DNA of 64,000 nucleotides from Paecilomyces variotii (Eukaryota): NCBI GenBank assembly GCA_004022145.1, contig RCNU01000013.1; one strand, 5' to 3'. Shown piece by piece: positions 49,733 to 64,000 of this stretch (position 1 is its first letter; each line of letters starts with the position of its first letter). The notes under the pieces were generated by a model. It saw only the letters and a program-made list of their open reading frames with translations, ran no database searches and was not told where the DNA came from. The position numbers and the translations under genes were made by a program.

Positions 49733-51023
49733 TTTGTCAGGATATGGAAGATGTATGTGGTATGCGGTATGTGTTAGAAAAGGGAATTAACGGAGCTCCG
49801 CTCGTGGCGCTTGTTCAGATCGTTTATGATGGATGAAGCGTTAGAATTGATCGAGGGGGAGAAGGGCAGTTGGGGCAGGGGCAGTCTTTTTATAGGTACG
49901 GAGCTGCCCCTCGTCTACATCATCTTCCCTGAGCTCCATTGAGTTCATATCCTCGTGCTCCAGGCCCACTATCTACCTCTGCTCGAAAGCTCGTCAATCG
50001 CAGGTCAGTTACAGAAGGTCAAATCGAATTGACCAGGCGCCGTGGCGTATGGCTGAGTGGCACTACTCCTGGGGATCAGTGGTAATCATGGCCCCGCGTC
50101 GTCATCAGGATTCAACGGAGGGCGTTACTTGGTCGACAGCATCCTCCCTCAGCTTCAAGCAAGCAGAATGTATCCACGATGTCGTGTGTCTATCATCCAC
50201 GGTCCGTCGTAAGGTACTCTGTACACTCCTATTGGAAGCTGTCAAAGTACCATGGTCGAGTGACCATGGCTAATGCCAGCACCCCAGTCGTCGTCGTTAT
50301 TACTTACCGAAATGCCAACGGCTGCTCTCTTCGAAGGTACGGATCGTGGACCTCGTGGCGTCTACTTTTAGTTTCGATGGGTCGTCTCACTGGCCACGAT
50401 CGATCGTCAGCTTGGCTCAGTTGGCCAAAAGGCTTGTTTTAGCGGCCGACATCTTGGCTGTGCGCTCCAATCTGACGTCGTCTCTCACTTCCTTCTTGCT
50501 CTTCGAACGATTCGTGCCTCTTGTCAGGGTGTTTGGTATACTGTCGATTATCATATTTATCCTATCGATATCATTGTTATTATGCTTGAAGCTGTAGAAG
50601 AGTGCAGTCATAAACAGATCAGCCAAGAAATTCCAGAAGTGGAGTGGAGTTGCACCGCCTCAGCTGTGGCTCAGCTTTTCGACTTTGCCCTGCCGATTGT
50701 TCGATTGTTCTAGAGCAGCTGGTGAGCAGCAATTTAGTAGTACTACTAAGTAAATAATCTGTGGCTTCCAAAGGTACGTCTTCGAGTCGACCAAACTATT
50801 GTAATTTCACACTAACCAGGCGTCAGACATCATCATTCAAGTAGCATAGCATCAAAACAGCACGGACGGCTACGAGCTGTCACTTAATTCCCTCGGTGGT
50901 CTTCACAGCTACAATCTAAAGATTTGACGCCACTATCAAAACGGCAGTTGAGCAAAGAAACAAGTCCTTTAAGCAATCAATTGAAGGGCAAAAAGCCCAT
51001 AAAAAAACAACGCGACGAAAACC

Positions 51024-51782
51024 ATGCCCACGAGAGCTCCCCTCTCATCAGACTTCCCTCCCTCCCTCACAGTGACCATCACTCCTCCCCCACCATCGTC
51101 ATCGTCCCCATCCCCAAACATCCTCCTCCTACTCCACGGACTAGGCGACACCGCTACATCCTTCACCTCCTTCGGCCGCGCCCTCAATCTCCCCGAAACA
51201 ACCATCCTCACCCTCCAAGCACCAACAAAACTACCATTCGACCTCCCCGGCTTCCATTGGGGTGACGATGTGTCCTTCGACTCCACCACCGGCGGTCTCG
51301 ACATGGACGCGGGATTCAACCGCGCCGTGAAACTCATCCTCGACGACGTCATCCATAACATCCTCATTCAAAAATGCGGCTACCGTCCCCGCGAAATCAT
51401 GATCCTCGGCTTCGGCCAGGGCGGAATGGCCGGTCTCGTCGCCGCGCGAGAACTAAGCAAGACGACATCCTCAACAGGAACAGATAAAGAACTCTCAGGA
51501 ATCATATCCATTGGCGCGCCCTACCCCCTCTCAGGTAGCACGATGGGATCCAAGAGTCGAACGCCCGTCCTCCTCGTCGCTGGCCGCGACTCACCCGTCG
51601 TGACGGACACTGCGGTGCAACGGACCAAAAACGTCTTCGAATTTGTGGAACTTCATCGCTATGCTAGGAAAGGTGATGGCATGCCTCGTAGTCGGGAGGA
51701 GATGATGCCTATTATGCAGTTCTTCGCGAGACGGTTGAGAAGTCGACAGGGCGTGCCGGAGGATGCGGTTGAGATTACTTAA
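51024..51782 (+). CDS. Phospholipase/carboxylesterase family alpha/beta hydrolase
   Basis: LLLHGLGD and LGFGQGG (nucleophile position appears to be Gly); intronless 252 aa. Confidence 0.85.
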   Translation: MPTRAPLSSDFPPSLTVTITPPPPSSSSPSPNILLLLHGLGDTATSFTSFGRALNLPETTILTLQAPTKLPFDLPGFHWGDDVSFDSTTGGLDMDAGFNRAVKLILDDVIHNILIQKCGYRPREIMILGFGQGGMAGLVAARELSKTTSSTGTDKELSGIISIGAPYPLSGSTMGSKSRTPVLLVAGRDSPVVTDTAVQRTKNVFEFVELHRYARKGDGMPRSREEMMPIMQFFARRLRSRQGVPEDAVEIT

Positions 51783-51979
51783 TTGAATCATCCTTTTAAG
51801 TGTGGAGCCGACGAGCAAATCCATGATGTGACGGTTATTATATGCATTGTTGGTTGATAGGGATGCGATATGCAGGGCTTGTCATTAAGAAAAAGAAACT
51901 TCGTCACATCTGGGGAATACGGACACACGTGCAAAAGGTAAACCTAAATTTCAATGCCATTGAAACATGATATCCTTAT

Positions 51980-54051
51980 CTATTTTACATCTTCAAGAGC
52001 TTTTCTCGCTCTCTCAATCGTAGCCTTGACCTGCTGCAGAGAGACATCCTCCTCGTCTGCCTCCGCGATCCGCTTTCCTCCCTCGCGAACCAAGGTCCTC
52101 AGCAATTGCTCCGTCTCCTTGAGCGCAGTACGGCCTTCCTCACGCACTTCCTCCTCCCAGAAGTGACGGGCCGCTTCCCATTTCGTCTGCTGGCGACGCA
52201 GAGAGTAGATCAGCCCGACCGCAGCGACAGTGCAGGCTTCATAGAGAGAGGTGGCTGATGTGGAGATGTAGATCAGTCCGGAGAGAGCGGACGTCATGGT
52301 CGAGGTGGAAACGCTGAAGAGGACGAGGCGCTGGGCCAGAGCCTGGAGGGATGGGACGGTAGTGTCGAGAAGTTGCATGCGGCTGGTTGTGATCAGTGTT
52401 GGCCAAGGGGGTGTAGTGGCAGTTTCAGGGACCGGGACGGGTTCCTGTCCCTGTTCCGCAACGACGGTTTCGCCTGTCTCAGGGCCCTCTGAAACACTCT
52501 CGAGGGGTAGATCTTCCAGGTTGCTATGAGGTTCGTCAAGAAGCCCCGCCTGTTGAAGCTTGCCTGCCGTCCAGATGACCTCTTTCTCGGCCTGGGGGAG
52601 GTACTTCTTCTCAAGGATATCGGTCGTGATCATGCCGACATCGTCGACACGCCAGAAGAGCTTCCACCAGGAGAGTCCGCGCCAACGCTTGCTGGCGAAA
52701 CCCTCTCCAAGAGCGTCACGCAGCTCAGTGTGTGCTCTCTCCGCCCAGATCGAGACGGCACGGTCGAGCTGGTCCCGTACCTCATCATCAGGACCGGTTT
52801 GCAGTTCTTCCCGTCGGGCTCTTGCGGCTTCTTTAGCTTTTACTCCCTCCTCAGCAGCATCGAGCAACGACTCAATGAGGGTCCGCAGCGATGGATCCAG
52901 TTTCTCGCTCATCTGCGTTAAGGCGAGCCAATCTACCAGCGGCTGAACTCCGCTTGCGTTCCATCCACGCTCGTACTCAGTGGCATTCTGGACCGATTCA
53001 CGGAACTTCTCAAGGGCCTTCTCGGCCTGGTCGATGTCCACAAACGAAAATCTGCTACCCCTCGCTTCATTGTCCTTGACTGACAGATCCACTGCTGCAT
53101 GGACAGAGTCCTCCTCCTTCCCCAGAACAGACCGAGAAATGAGTCTGCTGTAAGCGAAGAAACCGTCAACACCTCGTCCACACAGAAGACTCCTGTGTAC
53201 TGGATATCGGACGAAATTGTGTCGACCGCTGTGCGAGGTACGAATCGTAACCGTCGGAACAAGGAATGTATCCGCCGTGACAACCCCAGTCGGCTCTGCA
53301 CTCGCTCCCAAACTGCTAACTAGAATCTCAATATTCCCCTTCTGTAAGATCCTCGATGGCACGGAAATGGTAGGTACTAAATCGTTAGGGAGTGTTTCTG
53401 ACTCCTCTCCGTATCTGCACTCCATGTTAAATCACTCGTCAAAGTCCAGACGGGTCATTCATGAAATACATACCGTATGAGTAGACCTCTCGAAGTATCC
53501 GCCTCGTAAGATTCTAAGAAATCCTCCCATTCTTCTCTCGGTTTCAACGGGTCTGCAAGGAGCAATCGGACCAGCCTGCGCGTCGCAACCGCATCATTGA
53601 GACCGAGCACTGGAATACGAAACAAAAAAAAGTCAACGCCGTCCTTATTACCGATAGTGCAACTCTCCCCATAGCAAGATAACATACCTGCAATCCGAAT
53701 GACCGGCGTCTCCGACTCCAACCCCCTCTGCGCAAGTTGCAATCGACTTAGATTGACCTGCTCCGCAGCGGCTTCCCTCACTTCATCCAGCGCATCATAC
53801 AGATCCTTGTACTGCGGGGGCACATTCTTGCTTGCATTGATAGCTGAAGATGTCGCTAGGGTCGAGGCCGGACGGCGATATATGGAATAAGATGGTGAGG
53901 AAGTGGCATCTCGTCGAGTGACGGCGCGCGTCGCGGCTGTGGTCGACAGAGTCCGTCGCCAGGTTGCGCAGGACGGACAGTAGAAAACAGCCCCGTCGGT
54001 CGTGAGACGCGACAGGTTCCTCCGGAGAGGGCCGCCCAGATTGGGAGGCAT
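51980..54051 (-). CDS. Conserved Mmc1-like protein, multi-exon
   Basis: MPPNLGG...VFYCPSCATW; LVRLLLADPL; LSWWKLFWRVDDV. Confidence 0.75.
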
Positions 54052-54726
54052 TGGAGGTGTAGAGGGCAAGAAAATGCCTGTGAGAAGGAGAGCAGCGTCA
54101 GTGGGATTTGTCCCTCCCCCAGGGAGAAGATGGCCAGGAACGGCAGGGAAGTTGCGGAAGCTTTGGCGGTTAGTTTGCATGGCCGAATCGGGCGGGCGTC
54201 GGAAGTGCTTGGCGCGTCCAGCCGTGGAGAATGAACAAGGCTTACCAGGAACATACTTATCTACAAGGAAAATGAAGATCAGAGGCTACAATTGAATATG
54301 CTGGGATTTTCTAACACGCGGGAATCTTCCGGGATAAAACTTAAAACACGACCACAGCGCATATATACGCCCAGGTAACTAATCCAGATGCTTCGGCTAT
54401 GTAATCGTCAATTCAATATGCCCGAGACGTCACGGACGCCCGGGAGACTGTCCAAGAATACTGGTATCTCGCTCCACTGCACTTCTGTCATAGTAAAATA
54501 TCATCAAGGAACGACTCATTCATCCCAATTCGTCAGGTGTCGAACAGAAGCCATGCCCCAGACCTGCCCTCCATCCGCTGACGCCGCCAGCCGGATGCAC
54601 CGCCACCATGTCTAGATAGGAGAATGAGCCGTTATGAATGATTCAATAACACGGGATCTGATGCGAAGCATATATGACCGAATGCTAACCCGCTTGTCAA
54701 GAGTATAACTAGTTTGGGCAATGCAC

Positions 54727-56637
54727 TCAGGCTTCCTTAGGTTCCTTGGCGGCATCTTTGCTACGACGGCTCTTGCCAGAACCAGCAGACCTGTCAAGAG
54801 TTAGAATCGTCAATTGTCGAAGGGCAAAGGTTGAGGCCAGCACTCACATGCTAATTCGCCTAGCGACGGTGGCCAGACCAGCATCATTGTCCGCCTCTTG
54901 GGTGGCTCTCTCGAGAGCGGCCCGCCTTTCCTCCTCGCTTCTCTTGAAAACCTCCTCTTGCGTAGGAGGCAGGCGCTCGTTCTGCAAGTCAACCTTACGC
55001 GCATCCTCGAAGTTATGGATAGCTTGCTTGATACCCTCTGCACCAAGCATCAGAGTACCGGCGGGAAGACGGCCACCAGAAGCAGTCTTCAACTCAGTGA
55101 CGCGCTCAGATTCCTCACGCAACACCTGGAAAACACGAGAAAGACGGCCGATGGCAAGGATCTTGTTCTTGATCGCTCGTCTCTTAAATTCGCTGCTTTC
55201 TGGGTCCCCAGGAAGAGGCGGCGATGCAGGGGCGGTGGGAGATACTTCGGACGGCGTCTCGTCCTCGAGCTCTTCCTTGGAGCAGGTGTTCAAAATAGCG
55301 ATCAGCATGTCTGTGATTTTCTCCCCCACGAATGGGAGCGACCAGGTAAACACGTCCATAAAGTTCGGAAGCCAGTATGGGTGAGGGGTGCAGTTGAACT
55401 GTCGGATGTTCATGACATTGTTCTCGTACTTTAGCACGGCGGCCTTGTTGTTATACACATCCAGGTAGTTTGGAGCGCTGAAAATAGTCATGACACTAGG
55501 GAAACCCGTCGTGCGAGTTTTCCTGTACATCCGGTAGCCAGCATCCTGAGCCTCGTGTGCTCGGATGATGGACAGCAGATTGTTCTTTTCAAGGAAAGCA
55601 CAGGCGGCGGGGTAGGAGAAGAAGTACGAACAACCTCGGACGTGGTTGTGGACAAAGTATTCACCGGTCTTCTCCTGGCCGAACTCCTCCAGAGGGTCCG
55701 CCCACAGGATGTCGCACATGAGACCATGCGTCGGTGGCTCCCTAAAGCGGTCAATCTGTATCATTAAGTTAGGCTAGGTTCGTAAAACAGCAAAGTGATA
55801 ACTTTGTGACAACGTACGGATTTGATATCTTCCAACGTATGCAATTCTGGGCTCAGGCCGCCATGGATGCACAGGAACTGTTTGTTCATGACGGCAGCCA
55901 GCGGCAGCGCGCAGAAAGATTCCATGCATGCATCGTAGATGCGTTCGCTATACTTGTGCTTGCATTCGAGTTTGAATGTGAAGTAGTCTGTCAAGTGTCT
56001 GCATTCATGGTTTCCACGAAGCAGCCAGAGTGTGTTCGGATACCAGATCTTCAACGACCAGAGATACAGCACACACTGCGGGGAGTCAGCGCTGCATCCT
56101 CACGCTTGCTCAGGCCTGTCACCTACCTCAATACTGAAATAACCTCGATCGACGTAGTCTCCGAGGAATAAATATCGTGTCTCCGCCGGGTCTCCACCGA
56201 CCTCGAACAGCTTCATCAGATCGTAGTACTGACCGTGCACGTCACCGCACACCGTAATGGGCGCATCCATCTCGAGCAAGTTGGGCTCCGACCGTAGCAA
56301 CTGAGTTCCGGTATTGATGATCCATAATGCTTGCTCCTCTGTCAGGCGACCCTCGCGATAAAAGTGTTGCTTGAGGAATTGAAGGTTAGGCTTGGAGGGG
56401 TCCTGAGGCGACCAGAAGGATTCATCGCTAGGGACGTTCAGAGCGGGTGCTTGCACCTCTGTTGGACATATCAGATCAGCATCTCCACGCGATCAGGGGG
56501 AATCTCCATATGCGGGATATACCTTTACACACTCTCTCCTGCGTTGACACCTGTGTGCCATCTTCCATAGTATGCAAAGTGAAGTCGATCTCCGGGACCG
56601 GCTTCTTCTCCGTCACCGCTCGCTCGATTTGCGCCAT
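54727..56637 (-). CDS. cnaA: Calcineurin catalytic subunit A (PP2B), multi-exon
   Basis: [77 protein letters not shown]. Confidence 0.98.
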
Positions 56638-57402
56638 ACTGATAGAGTCCCTGTCCAGTGAAGCTCAATCTGCGAGATTCTGCGTGCTACGAGATCGAAT
56701 CTGTGACCGGTTGTGTTTGCCACTGCGCTGGAAGACTGCTGTGGCGGGGTTTAAGTCGAACGGCGGGACTTCGCACAAGACCGTCCAACACTTTAGGAGA
56801 AAGGCAAACAAAGGGGCTCTGGGACAGTCAACCAGGCACAATCGACGTATCCGACGTAGAGAGGCGAGATTCTGTCGAAAGAAAAATCGCAGAGGGTCCG
56901 GCAGAGAGAGGCGAATGGCCAAAGGGTTGGCGGGAGCTGGAAAACGAACTTCTTGGCCGCTGCTGAGACCGATATGTAATGGCGCTCAAGGGGCTGGTTC
57001 CGTTCTCGACGCGATGGGCGCTTCAGCACACAGAACCGGTCAGTCACTGAGTGAGACCAGAGAGGCTCGCAGTCTGAGGCAGAAGAAGAAAAGAGATGGA
57101 GAAATGAAGAGGTCTCAGCCGGCAAGGAAACGATAAGATTATCTCTGCGACAGGGACTCGTGGCCGCAGAATGAGGCTCAACTCCGTGTGTCTCGAATAA
57201 CTAGTTGAACTAATTCATTGCCAGTGGAGCTGCGGGGATTCTTTTGGCGGTCACCGTTGCAAGTCAAGTTAACTATCTACTACTTATACCATAAGTAAAC
57301 CACCCCCCGCTTGGCACAAACAACCCCCAGAGCTGGCCTCGTACTCTCCATACAGATCTGGCGCTTCTCCCTCTTCCAGAAGGCAGTTCGTCGTGTTTCA
57401 AC

Positions 57403-58021
57403 ATGTACGATTCATATCGTAAGTGTCTCCCTGCGCCATGCTTCGTTTCACACTGAACTGAACTGAACTGAACTAACCGATGACGTTCCCGCGACAGGCC
57501 CCCATCCGCTTCTCGCCCAGGTGCCTTTGACTGTCTCCCCTTTTATCTCCCTCCCCACGGCAGTGACGCTGCCTTACACCTATAAGTCGGTTCCGTCGAC
57601 CATTCCCCCTTCTGTCACTGTCGATCCCAGCAATCCAGATGCCAAAGCCCGTTACGTTGTCTCCTCCAGCGGTGGTCACGCGGCGCATCCCGAGGAGATC
57701 ATCGCCTCCTGTCAATCCCTGGAGGATCACCTGAAGAAGACCCTGCAAGACGCAGAGACTGCGATCAAGGAATGGGAGGAATCAATTCAGCAAAGAGAAC
57801 TCGCGGAGAAGAGACGTCTTGCTCCTGGCTGGCTGGATCGCGAGGAGAAGCTCCTCCAGCCAATGCAACCGTCTTCGTCCCAGGGTCAGTCGAAGCATGA
57901 GCGACAGCCCAGTCTTCTGGATAGTCAGCCTGATGAGGCAGTCTCCGAAGTGCCGGTGGTGGCACCCAAGGATGAGGGTGAAGAGCTTGATCGCGCCTTT
58001 GGTGGTCTGAATATGAAGTGA
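57403..58021 (+). CDS. Conserved fungal hypothetical protein, divergent from cnaA (2 exons; start uncertain)
   Basis: Short first exon ending at GTAAGT (57419), acceptor near 57497; QVPLTVSPF...EKRRLAPGWLD...GEELDRAFG. Confidence 0.7.
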
Positions 58022-59141
58022 GCGGTACCTCATCATCGGTGAATTATGAGCGTTGCGTCGCGTACTATGAGCAAGGATGGACATATCTCAAGGGAAGCCT
58101 ATGAGTGTGATTCCGTTCTAGCTGCCACGTGTACTGGGCAGTAGATGGAGAACTGCCCGGGACAATATCTGGACGATATTAGACAGTCGATTCTAGCGAC
58201 AGCGTCTCCTCAAGGCGTCACCGGTTGTGATGTCTCGAACCACCCCGATCACTGCAGCCTTGTTACGTTTCGCCCAATGCAAACAATGGCGGCATCAGGT
58301 TCGTCCATGGACCATAGATTGATGTCTGTTCTCGTGGAAAGTCCATCACACCGGCAGAGGGTCTCTTCTACAATGGCATGTGGGATTGTGATCCGGACAG
58401 GAGTATTACTACTTGGATTGCAGCTGGAGGTAGCTCCTCGGATCCTACTCTGCGTTAGAATACCAGAGACACCCAAGACGTCGAGCTAGGGTACCCATCG
58501 GTCTTATGCCACTGTTGTTCAGTGGTTTATTGATACCGTTTCTGATTGCATACATCAGCATGCATGGAGATTAACGATTGTATACGACAGCTTGCTGGTA
58601 GTACTAGAGCTTGGAAATTAAGCTGTCTGTATACCTTCCTGGTCGGCCTACTATCTTGGGTACCTAGTAAGTTTATAAGACCCAACAGTTGAAGTTATCT
58701 TAATCGATTCTTTCAATGACGATAGAATTCTGCCTCGTATGCTGTAGAAATGACTTGTTTGCGGTGGAAGCTTCGTATCTCAGTACAACCCTCGAAATTA
58801 TCACTTATTGAACTAGAAGAGAAAGGCTATACTGCGAATATTAAGTTTTCTCTCTCACAATAAACCAATCTAACCACCCAAGACTTGTTCTAAGGGAATA
58901 TCAGCACACAATCCCAGACTGTCCGTTGAGGTCTGCTCAAGACCAACGAAGCTCGGATCCCGCAACAGCCATCCCCGAATCAGATCTCGCGAGCTCTCAA
59001 GCTTGCGGCAGACCTCCCCGCGCAAAAAGCAACCCCTCTGTTAACATTACAACTCTCAACCAATACAGCACTATAAATTCGAATTGGGTATTGGGATTTC
59101 CTTTCTCCAATCCAATCCAATCCCTCAACTAAATTACCACC

Positions 59142-60283
59142 ATGGAAGTCCTCCGCTCGCCCCCCTCAACATCATCCTTCGTCCCTCTGGCGGAACACCA
59201 AGCGCACACCCCCGCGTCATTCTATTCCGGTCCGCCTGTCCTGCATTATGTGAGCGAGCGATGCAAGGTCGTTATTCTGGAGAGGGATCTGCTCGCTGCG
59301 CCGGCCATTAATGCTATGCGCGGTGAGGTTTTGCGCAACACTACCGCGACTGGCAACGAGAACGGAGTGAACGGCTCGGGTCAAGCTGCGGTGTCGCAGA
59401 ATGGAGAAGAGGAGGAAGGAAAGGAGATCGTCATTGATGGTATCGATGTTTGGGTTACGTCTGAGTATGTTCCCTTCTTCCTTTTCCTAAGCAAAATACG
59501 GGGCACGATGAGATAGGACGGATTCGCGTTAATCTGCCTGTCCTCCGCGAAATACTCAGCTTCGAGGAACAGATCATAAACTAACAAAATCGCAGAAAAT
59601 TCCTCCTCTACAGGCCCTCCACCAGCACCGGCGTTGCGATTCCCTACCCTTCTATCTCCCTACACGCAATCCAGCGCCTCCGCCTCCCTTCCTCCGACCC
59701 CTCGTCCGACCAGGTCCAGGGTCTATACATGCAGATTGCGCACCCATCTTCAGCCCCCACCGAGGAAGACGAAGAAGAAGAAAGTATTAGCCTCACAGTC
59801 GTCCCACCTCCCGTGAGCGAAACGGCCGTAACGACTTCTGCGGAGACATCCACCGTGACGGCCGCGGAACGCGCCATCGAAGACATCACCGAGAAGCCGG
59901 AGACTCCTACGCAGCTCCTCTTTGCTGCTGTATCTGCGTGTTCGAATTTACATCCCGACCCAACCGCCGCAGGTGAAGAGGACGAGGATGACGAAGGGGG
60001 CGCCCTACAGGGTTCCTCGCTTTATCAGGCTGGGCTGATCGCGCCGGGCAGCGGCGACGGTGGCCTTCCTCCTCCGGCGAATGGAAGCTCAGGATGGATC
60101 ACGGCGGAGAACATGCATGAATATTTTGACGAGGAGGGGAATTGGATCGGTGGAGGGGAGGAGCCCAACTTGTCGCTTGGTCCGGGAGCGGGATCTGTTA
60201 GGACCAGAGAGGAGGAAACTGCATCGGATGGAAATGAAGAGACAGGAAATGGAGAGGAGACGAAGTGGAGGAGAACAGATTAA
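59142..60283 (+). CDS. ICln/LOT5-like (Voldacs domain) protein, 2 exons
   Basis: HQAHTPASFYSGPPVLHY, DVWVTS / IPYPSISLHAIQ, LFAAVSACSNLHPDP, GWITAEN, KWRRTD. Confidence 0.85.
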
Positions 60284-62691
60284 TTTTGTTTTGTGTTCTA
60301 TGGGGTTACGGGATATGGAAAAGAAAGTACTTTTTTAAGAGGAAATAAAGCTCTAATGTGTGCCATTACTATGCATTTATTCCGAAGGAGAAACTGGTCT
60401 CAGATATCATAAAAACCAATCGCTAATCGTGTCACCAACAATGACTATACCGGATTAAAATGGCCAAAATAGGATCTAATCTTATCGTCTCGTGCGAGAT
60501 AGATAAATTGTAGTTAGGGATATGTAATAAATACAAAGAAACAGGCTCCGTCGGGCAGTTATAACGCGGTATTATCCATGAGCAACATATACTGGTTTAT
60601 TCAATTTCCCAACTTAATCTAACTAATCTAGCTTTCATTAGGTATATATTGTTTCTCGGAGGAATATCAGCAAATAAACGACGGAGAAACAACCTAGCAA
60701 GGCTTATGTACATACTTACCAAAGACCAACAATCGACGCAAGCTGCCCAGGTCCAAATCCAAGAGACCGAACAATCCAGTACTGGGCTGTCATTGGAGAA
60801 TTGGCAATCAATCAATGCAATATAAAAACAAGAGTAGAGATTTGGCAACAACCGTATCCTCAATGTCAATTGCCTGATTTACGTCGCGATGATCATATTT
60901 ATACTGAACCACAAGACCCGAGATCCCTATATCGCTGTTAGAAATGTCTAGACAGTCTTCGAGTTATAGAGACTGGTCTTACATGTCAATGTACAGATTA
61001 TGACGAAGAGGGTAAACTCCAATTCCCCCACGTGTGAATCGCAGCCGGGAACGTTTGTCAAGAATGTATCCTTGAATAAGCCTGTTCGAGTAGTTTCAAG
61101 CTCGTCGTATGGTTGTCTAGGTAGGTATAATATTAATCGTACAAACGAGATTAACGACTCCGGAAGCCGTGGAAAGAAATATTCCACTAATAACTAAATG
61201 CTGCAGGTTAGACCTCTGAGGATTGGAAGCCAACTATTGAAACAGGCACTATCAATATTCTGTTCGAATAGGATTCCTTTCCTGTTTTCAATCCGGTAGC
61301 ACATACCTATTCTCATATTTTGCATTGGTGTATAAACCCGCTGAATTGGATATAAGCCTGTATCACATAGTAAGAACAAACAGAAAAATTACCTTCGTAT
61401 AGTGCACATCCCAGAATTCCTATGATTAATGTGGGTTCTAAATCAATACGATTACAGATGGTGCCAGTAAAGAGTCTTTAGACGCAAAATTTAACTGCAT
61501 TGGTGACATTCGGTTGCCCTTAAACTTTTCTCGTGAGCCTATTCTAGAGCCTGGCCTAGAGTCTAGACTTCTTCCAGAGCAAATCCTGCGCCAGAGCATG
61601 GAGGAGTACTTAGTTAGCCATCTGTACGAGTCCATCACTGCCATTGTATTGTTCTTCAAAGCACCAGAGAGTGCTGCCATATTGACATAAGTATCACATA
61701 TGCATTGGTTACAAGCACTCATGATGTGAAGCATCACCAACGAGATTTATTGAGCTCGGCGGGAATTCGACCCAGTCTTGGGCAAGCGAACATAGCTACT
61801 GCTTGATCTCCTTGGAAAAAAAAACAACGACATCTCTGACGAGCAATGCAAACTCCTTTCTGCTTATTAAAAAATTCCATATCAATTGGAGAATACATAC
61901 TGACCTGAAGCGACCTGTATTGTCTTCGACTTTTACATCTTGGCCCCAGCTAACTTTCTCTGCGTGGAATTTCAGCAGGAACAAACTGGCATAGTATCTT
62001 CATGGTCCTGGCAACCATTATTTTGTTCCCAATGCTAATTGATTATTATCATCACTATTAAAGATTTATCCTGGAATACTGCAGACTGCAGAATGTCGGT
62101 TCTTTCGAACCAGTAGATCTGTTCTGGATGGAACAATTTAGCCTTCGTTACTTATTAGACGACACATTCAATCTACCGTGTATTTTATTACAGTATTCAC
62201 TCAGCGTAGATACCACAGAGAGCTATGTTTTTGTCTATATATGTCCGGTAGCATGGCCCCGGGATAAGTAGCGTCGCGTAACCTACTTCGTAGGAAACTC
62301 GGAAAAGTCCCCCGGACGAATCGCAATTGCGAAGCTTTTCTCTCACAGTTGGAGTGCGATGGACTAAGTTAGTTAACTCAGAATCAATCGGGGCTCTGCC
62401 ATTGTCGAGAGGCCAATGCTATCCGGAGCCAATGACATTCACGAACATTGGACGATCACTACTGAACTTATCAATTGACTGCCTAGTATATTTCCACATT
62501 TGGCATGAACAACTTCTTCTATATGCCCCTAGTTCACGGACCATCACACTTATTTACACTTGTCCGCATTGGCCTCCCATCTGCTAGCCACGTCAGTTCT
62601 TATACCCCTGCTGTCAGGGATTCGAAGTGTTTCATACTTCTGTGTTTCACAGGGTTGCACAGTGCAAGGCACGAGATTGAAACACTTGACG

Positions 62692-64000
62692 ATGGCGGAT
62701 ACCCAGAGACTACAACGCTCTAGCGGGGAGAACAACAGCAGGAACGCCATTGCCATTGAACTTGACTCTCATGTTAGTAAATGAATCCACCGCGACAAGT
62801 TGATATTCTCTGGATTCTAACCCCAGTTCGAAACTCTAGGCCATAGACGATGACTCTACTTATGGAGATGAGATGTACGCGACTTGTCATAACCCATATA
62901 TTTCGAATATAGCTGATACCTCTTTCGCCAGATCTACTTACTCTGCGTCTCTGACCTCTTCTGTCCAGGATTACCGTATTGAGAATGGACGACGCTATCA
63001 CGCTTACCGCGACGGAAGTAATATTAATTACCTCTCTCTCTCTCTCTCTCTCTCTCTATGCACGACATAAAGTTCCCTGCTAACTGCATTCTATCTGCAA
63101 GGCTACCTTCTACCAAATGACGAAGACGAGTCTGACCGTCTAGATCTAGCGCATGAGCTATGCTTAAAGGCGATGGGAGGGAAACTGTTCTTAGCGCCCA
63201 TCTCTTCCCCAGAGCGTGTTATTGATCTTGCAACCGGAACTGGGATATGGGCAATTGACTTTGGTAGGCTACAATTATTCCTTCCGTCTAAACTGTTCTG
63301 CAGCTGATAAGTACTGAATTACTACGAAGCCGACAAATTTCCAACTGCGGAGGTGAATTAAATAATTACTTCTTTCTCTACGCCAGACTCACAACATGAC
63401 TGATATTCCTTTTAACTAGGTCATTGGAAATGACTTGAGCCCCATTCAACCGTCTCTGTGAGTATCGTATCCAGTTCCCTTGCCTTCCAATGATGGAAGA
63501 AGGGTCGTTATACAAGAGAACTAATACCAAAACGTTAAAGTGTTCCCCCTAATCTGAAGTTCCTGGTCGATGACATTGAAGATGAATGGGGTTACGAAAG
63601 CACTCCATTCGACTTTATCCATGCCAGATACCTTTGTCATTCGATCAAGAATTTTAAGAAGTTGATACAACAAGCCTACAAGTGAGCTGTTCCATATCTC
63701 TCTCTTTCTCTCTTTGTCGATATCCTGATACTAATAGAATTACAAGTTGCACGAAACCAGGCGGCTACGTAGAGTTTCAGGACTGGGATTGCCGGATTCG
63801 ATCAGAAGACGGTAGTCTAAAGGGCACTGCACTTCAACGATATTACGACGCAGTCCTAGACGCGTTCGAAAAGGCAGGATATCCAGCAAGTCCCGGTCGA
63901 TATCTCGAGCAGTGGTTCCGCGAAGCTGGCTTTGTCGATATCCATGCTCAGAAATACCCTATACCAATGAGCGTCTGGCCGAAGAACAAACACTACGTGC
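62692..64000 (+). CDS. LaeA-like class I SAM-dependent methyltransferase; runs off the right edge, many introns
   Basis: SLTSSVQDYRIENGRRYHAY, PNDEDESDRLD, IDLATGTGIWAIDF, GNDLSPIQP, PPNLKFLVDD, FDFIHAR. Confidence 0.92.
63032..63057. repeat. (CT)n microsatellite in an intron
   Basis: About 13 CT units. Confidence 0.9.

Noticed and set aside
54746..57136. Long plus-strand ORFs (212, 178 and 229 aa)
   Set aside because: Antisense to cnaA and its 5' region; no independent coding signal
60300..62600. AT-richer stretch with scattered ORFs (possible pseudogene)
   Set aside because: No recognisable domain or repeat structure

Overview
Eukaryotic DNA from a filamentous ascomycete (Eurotiales/Aspergillus-like; GT-AG introns with CTAAC-type branch points, RIP-like mutation). 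About 1.4-37 kb looks like an accessory 'conflict' region. It holds an intronless kinase-glycosyltransferase-kinase fusion, an HMT1-type ABC transporter, a 54-bp minisatellite, PD-(D/E)XK-like genes and several gene relics. It also holds a compact four-gene candidate toxin locus of two divergent pairs: a ~2090-aa SpvB/FG-GAP/RHS protein with an unknown 368-aa partner, and a 185-aa actinoporin/aegerolysin-like protein with a ~1060-aa PC-phospholipase C/propeller fusion. This is followed by a PNP_UDP-NACHT-ankyrin NLR whose repeat array was selectively destroyed by RIP. From ~38 kb the window is mostly conserved genes (SYG1/XPR1-like, NAD(P)-binding protein, kinase, CipC-like, hydrolase, Mmc1-like, calcineurin A, ICln/LOT5-like, LaeA-like methyltransferase), with a small retroelement/pseudogene patch at 45-48 kb. 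Splice models were read by eye, and all family calls come from motif recognition, not database searches.
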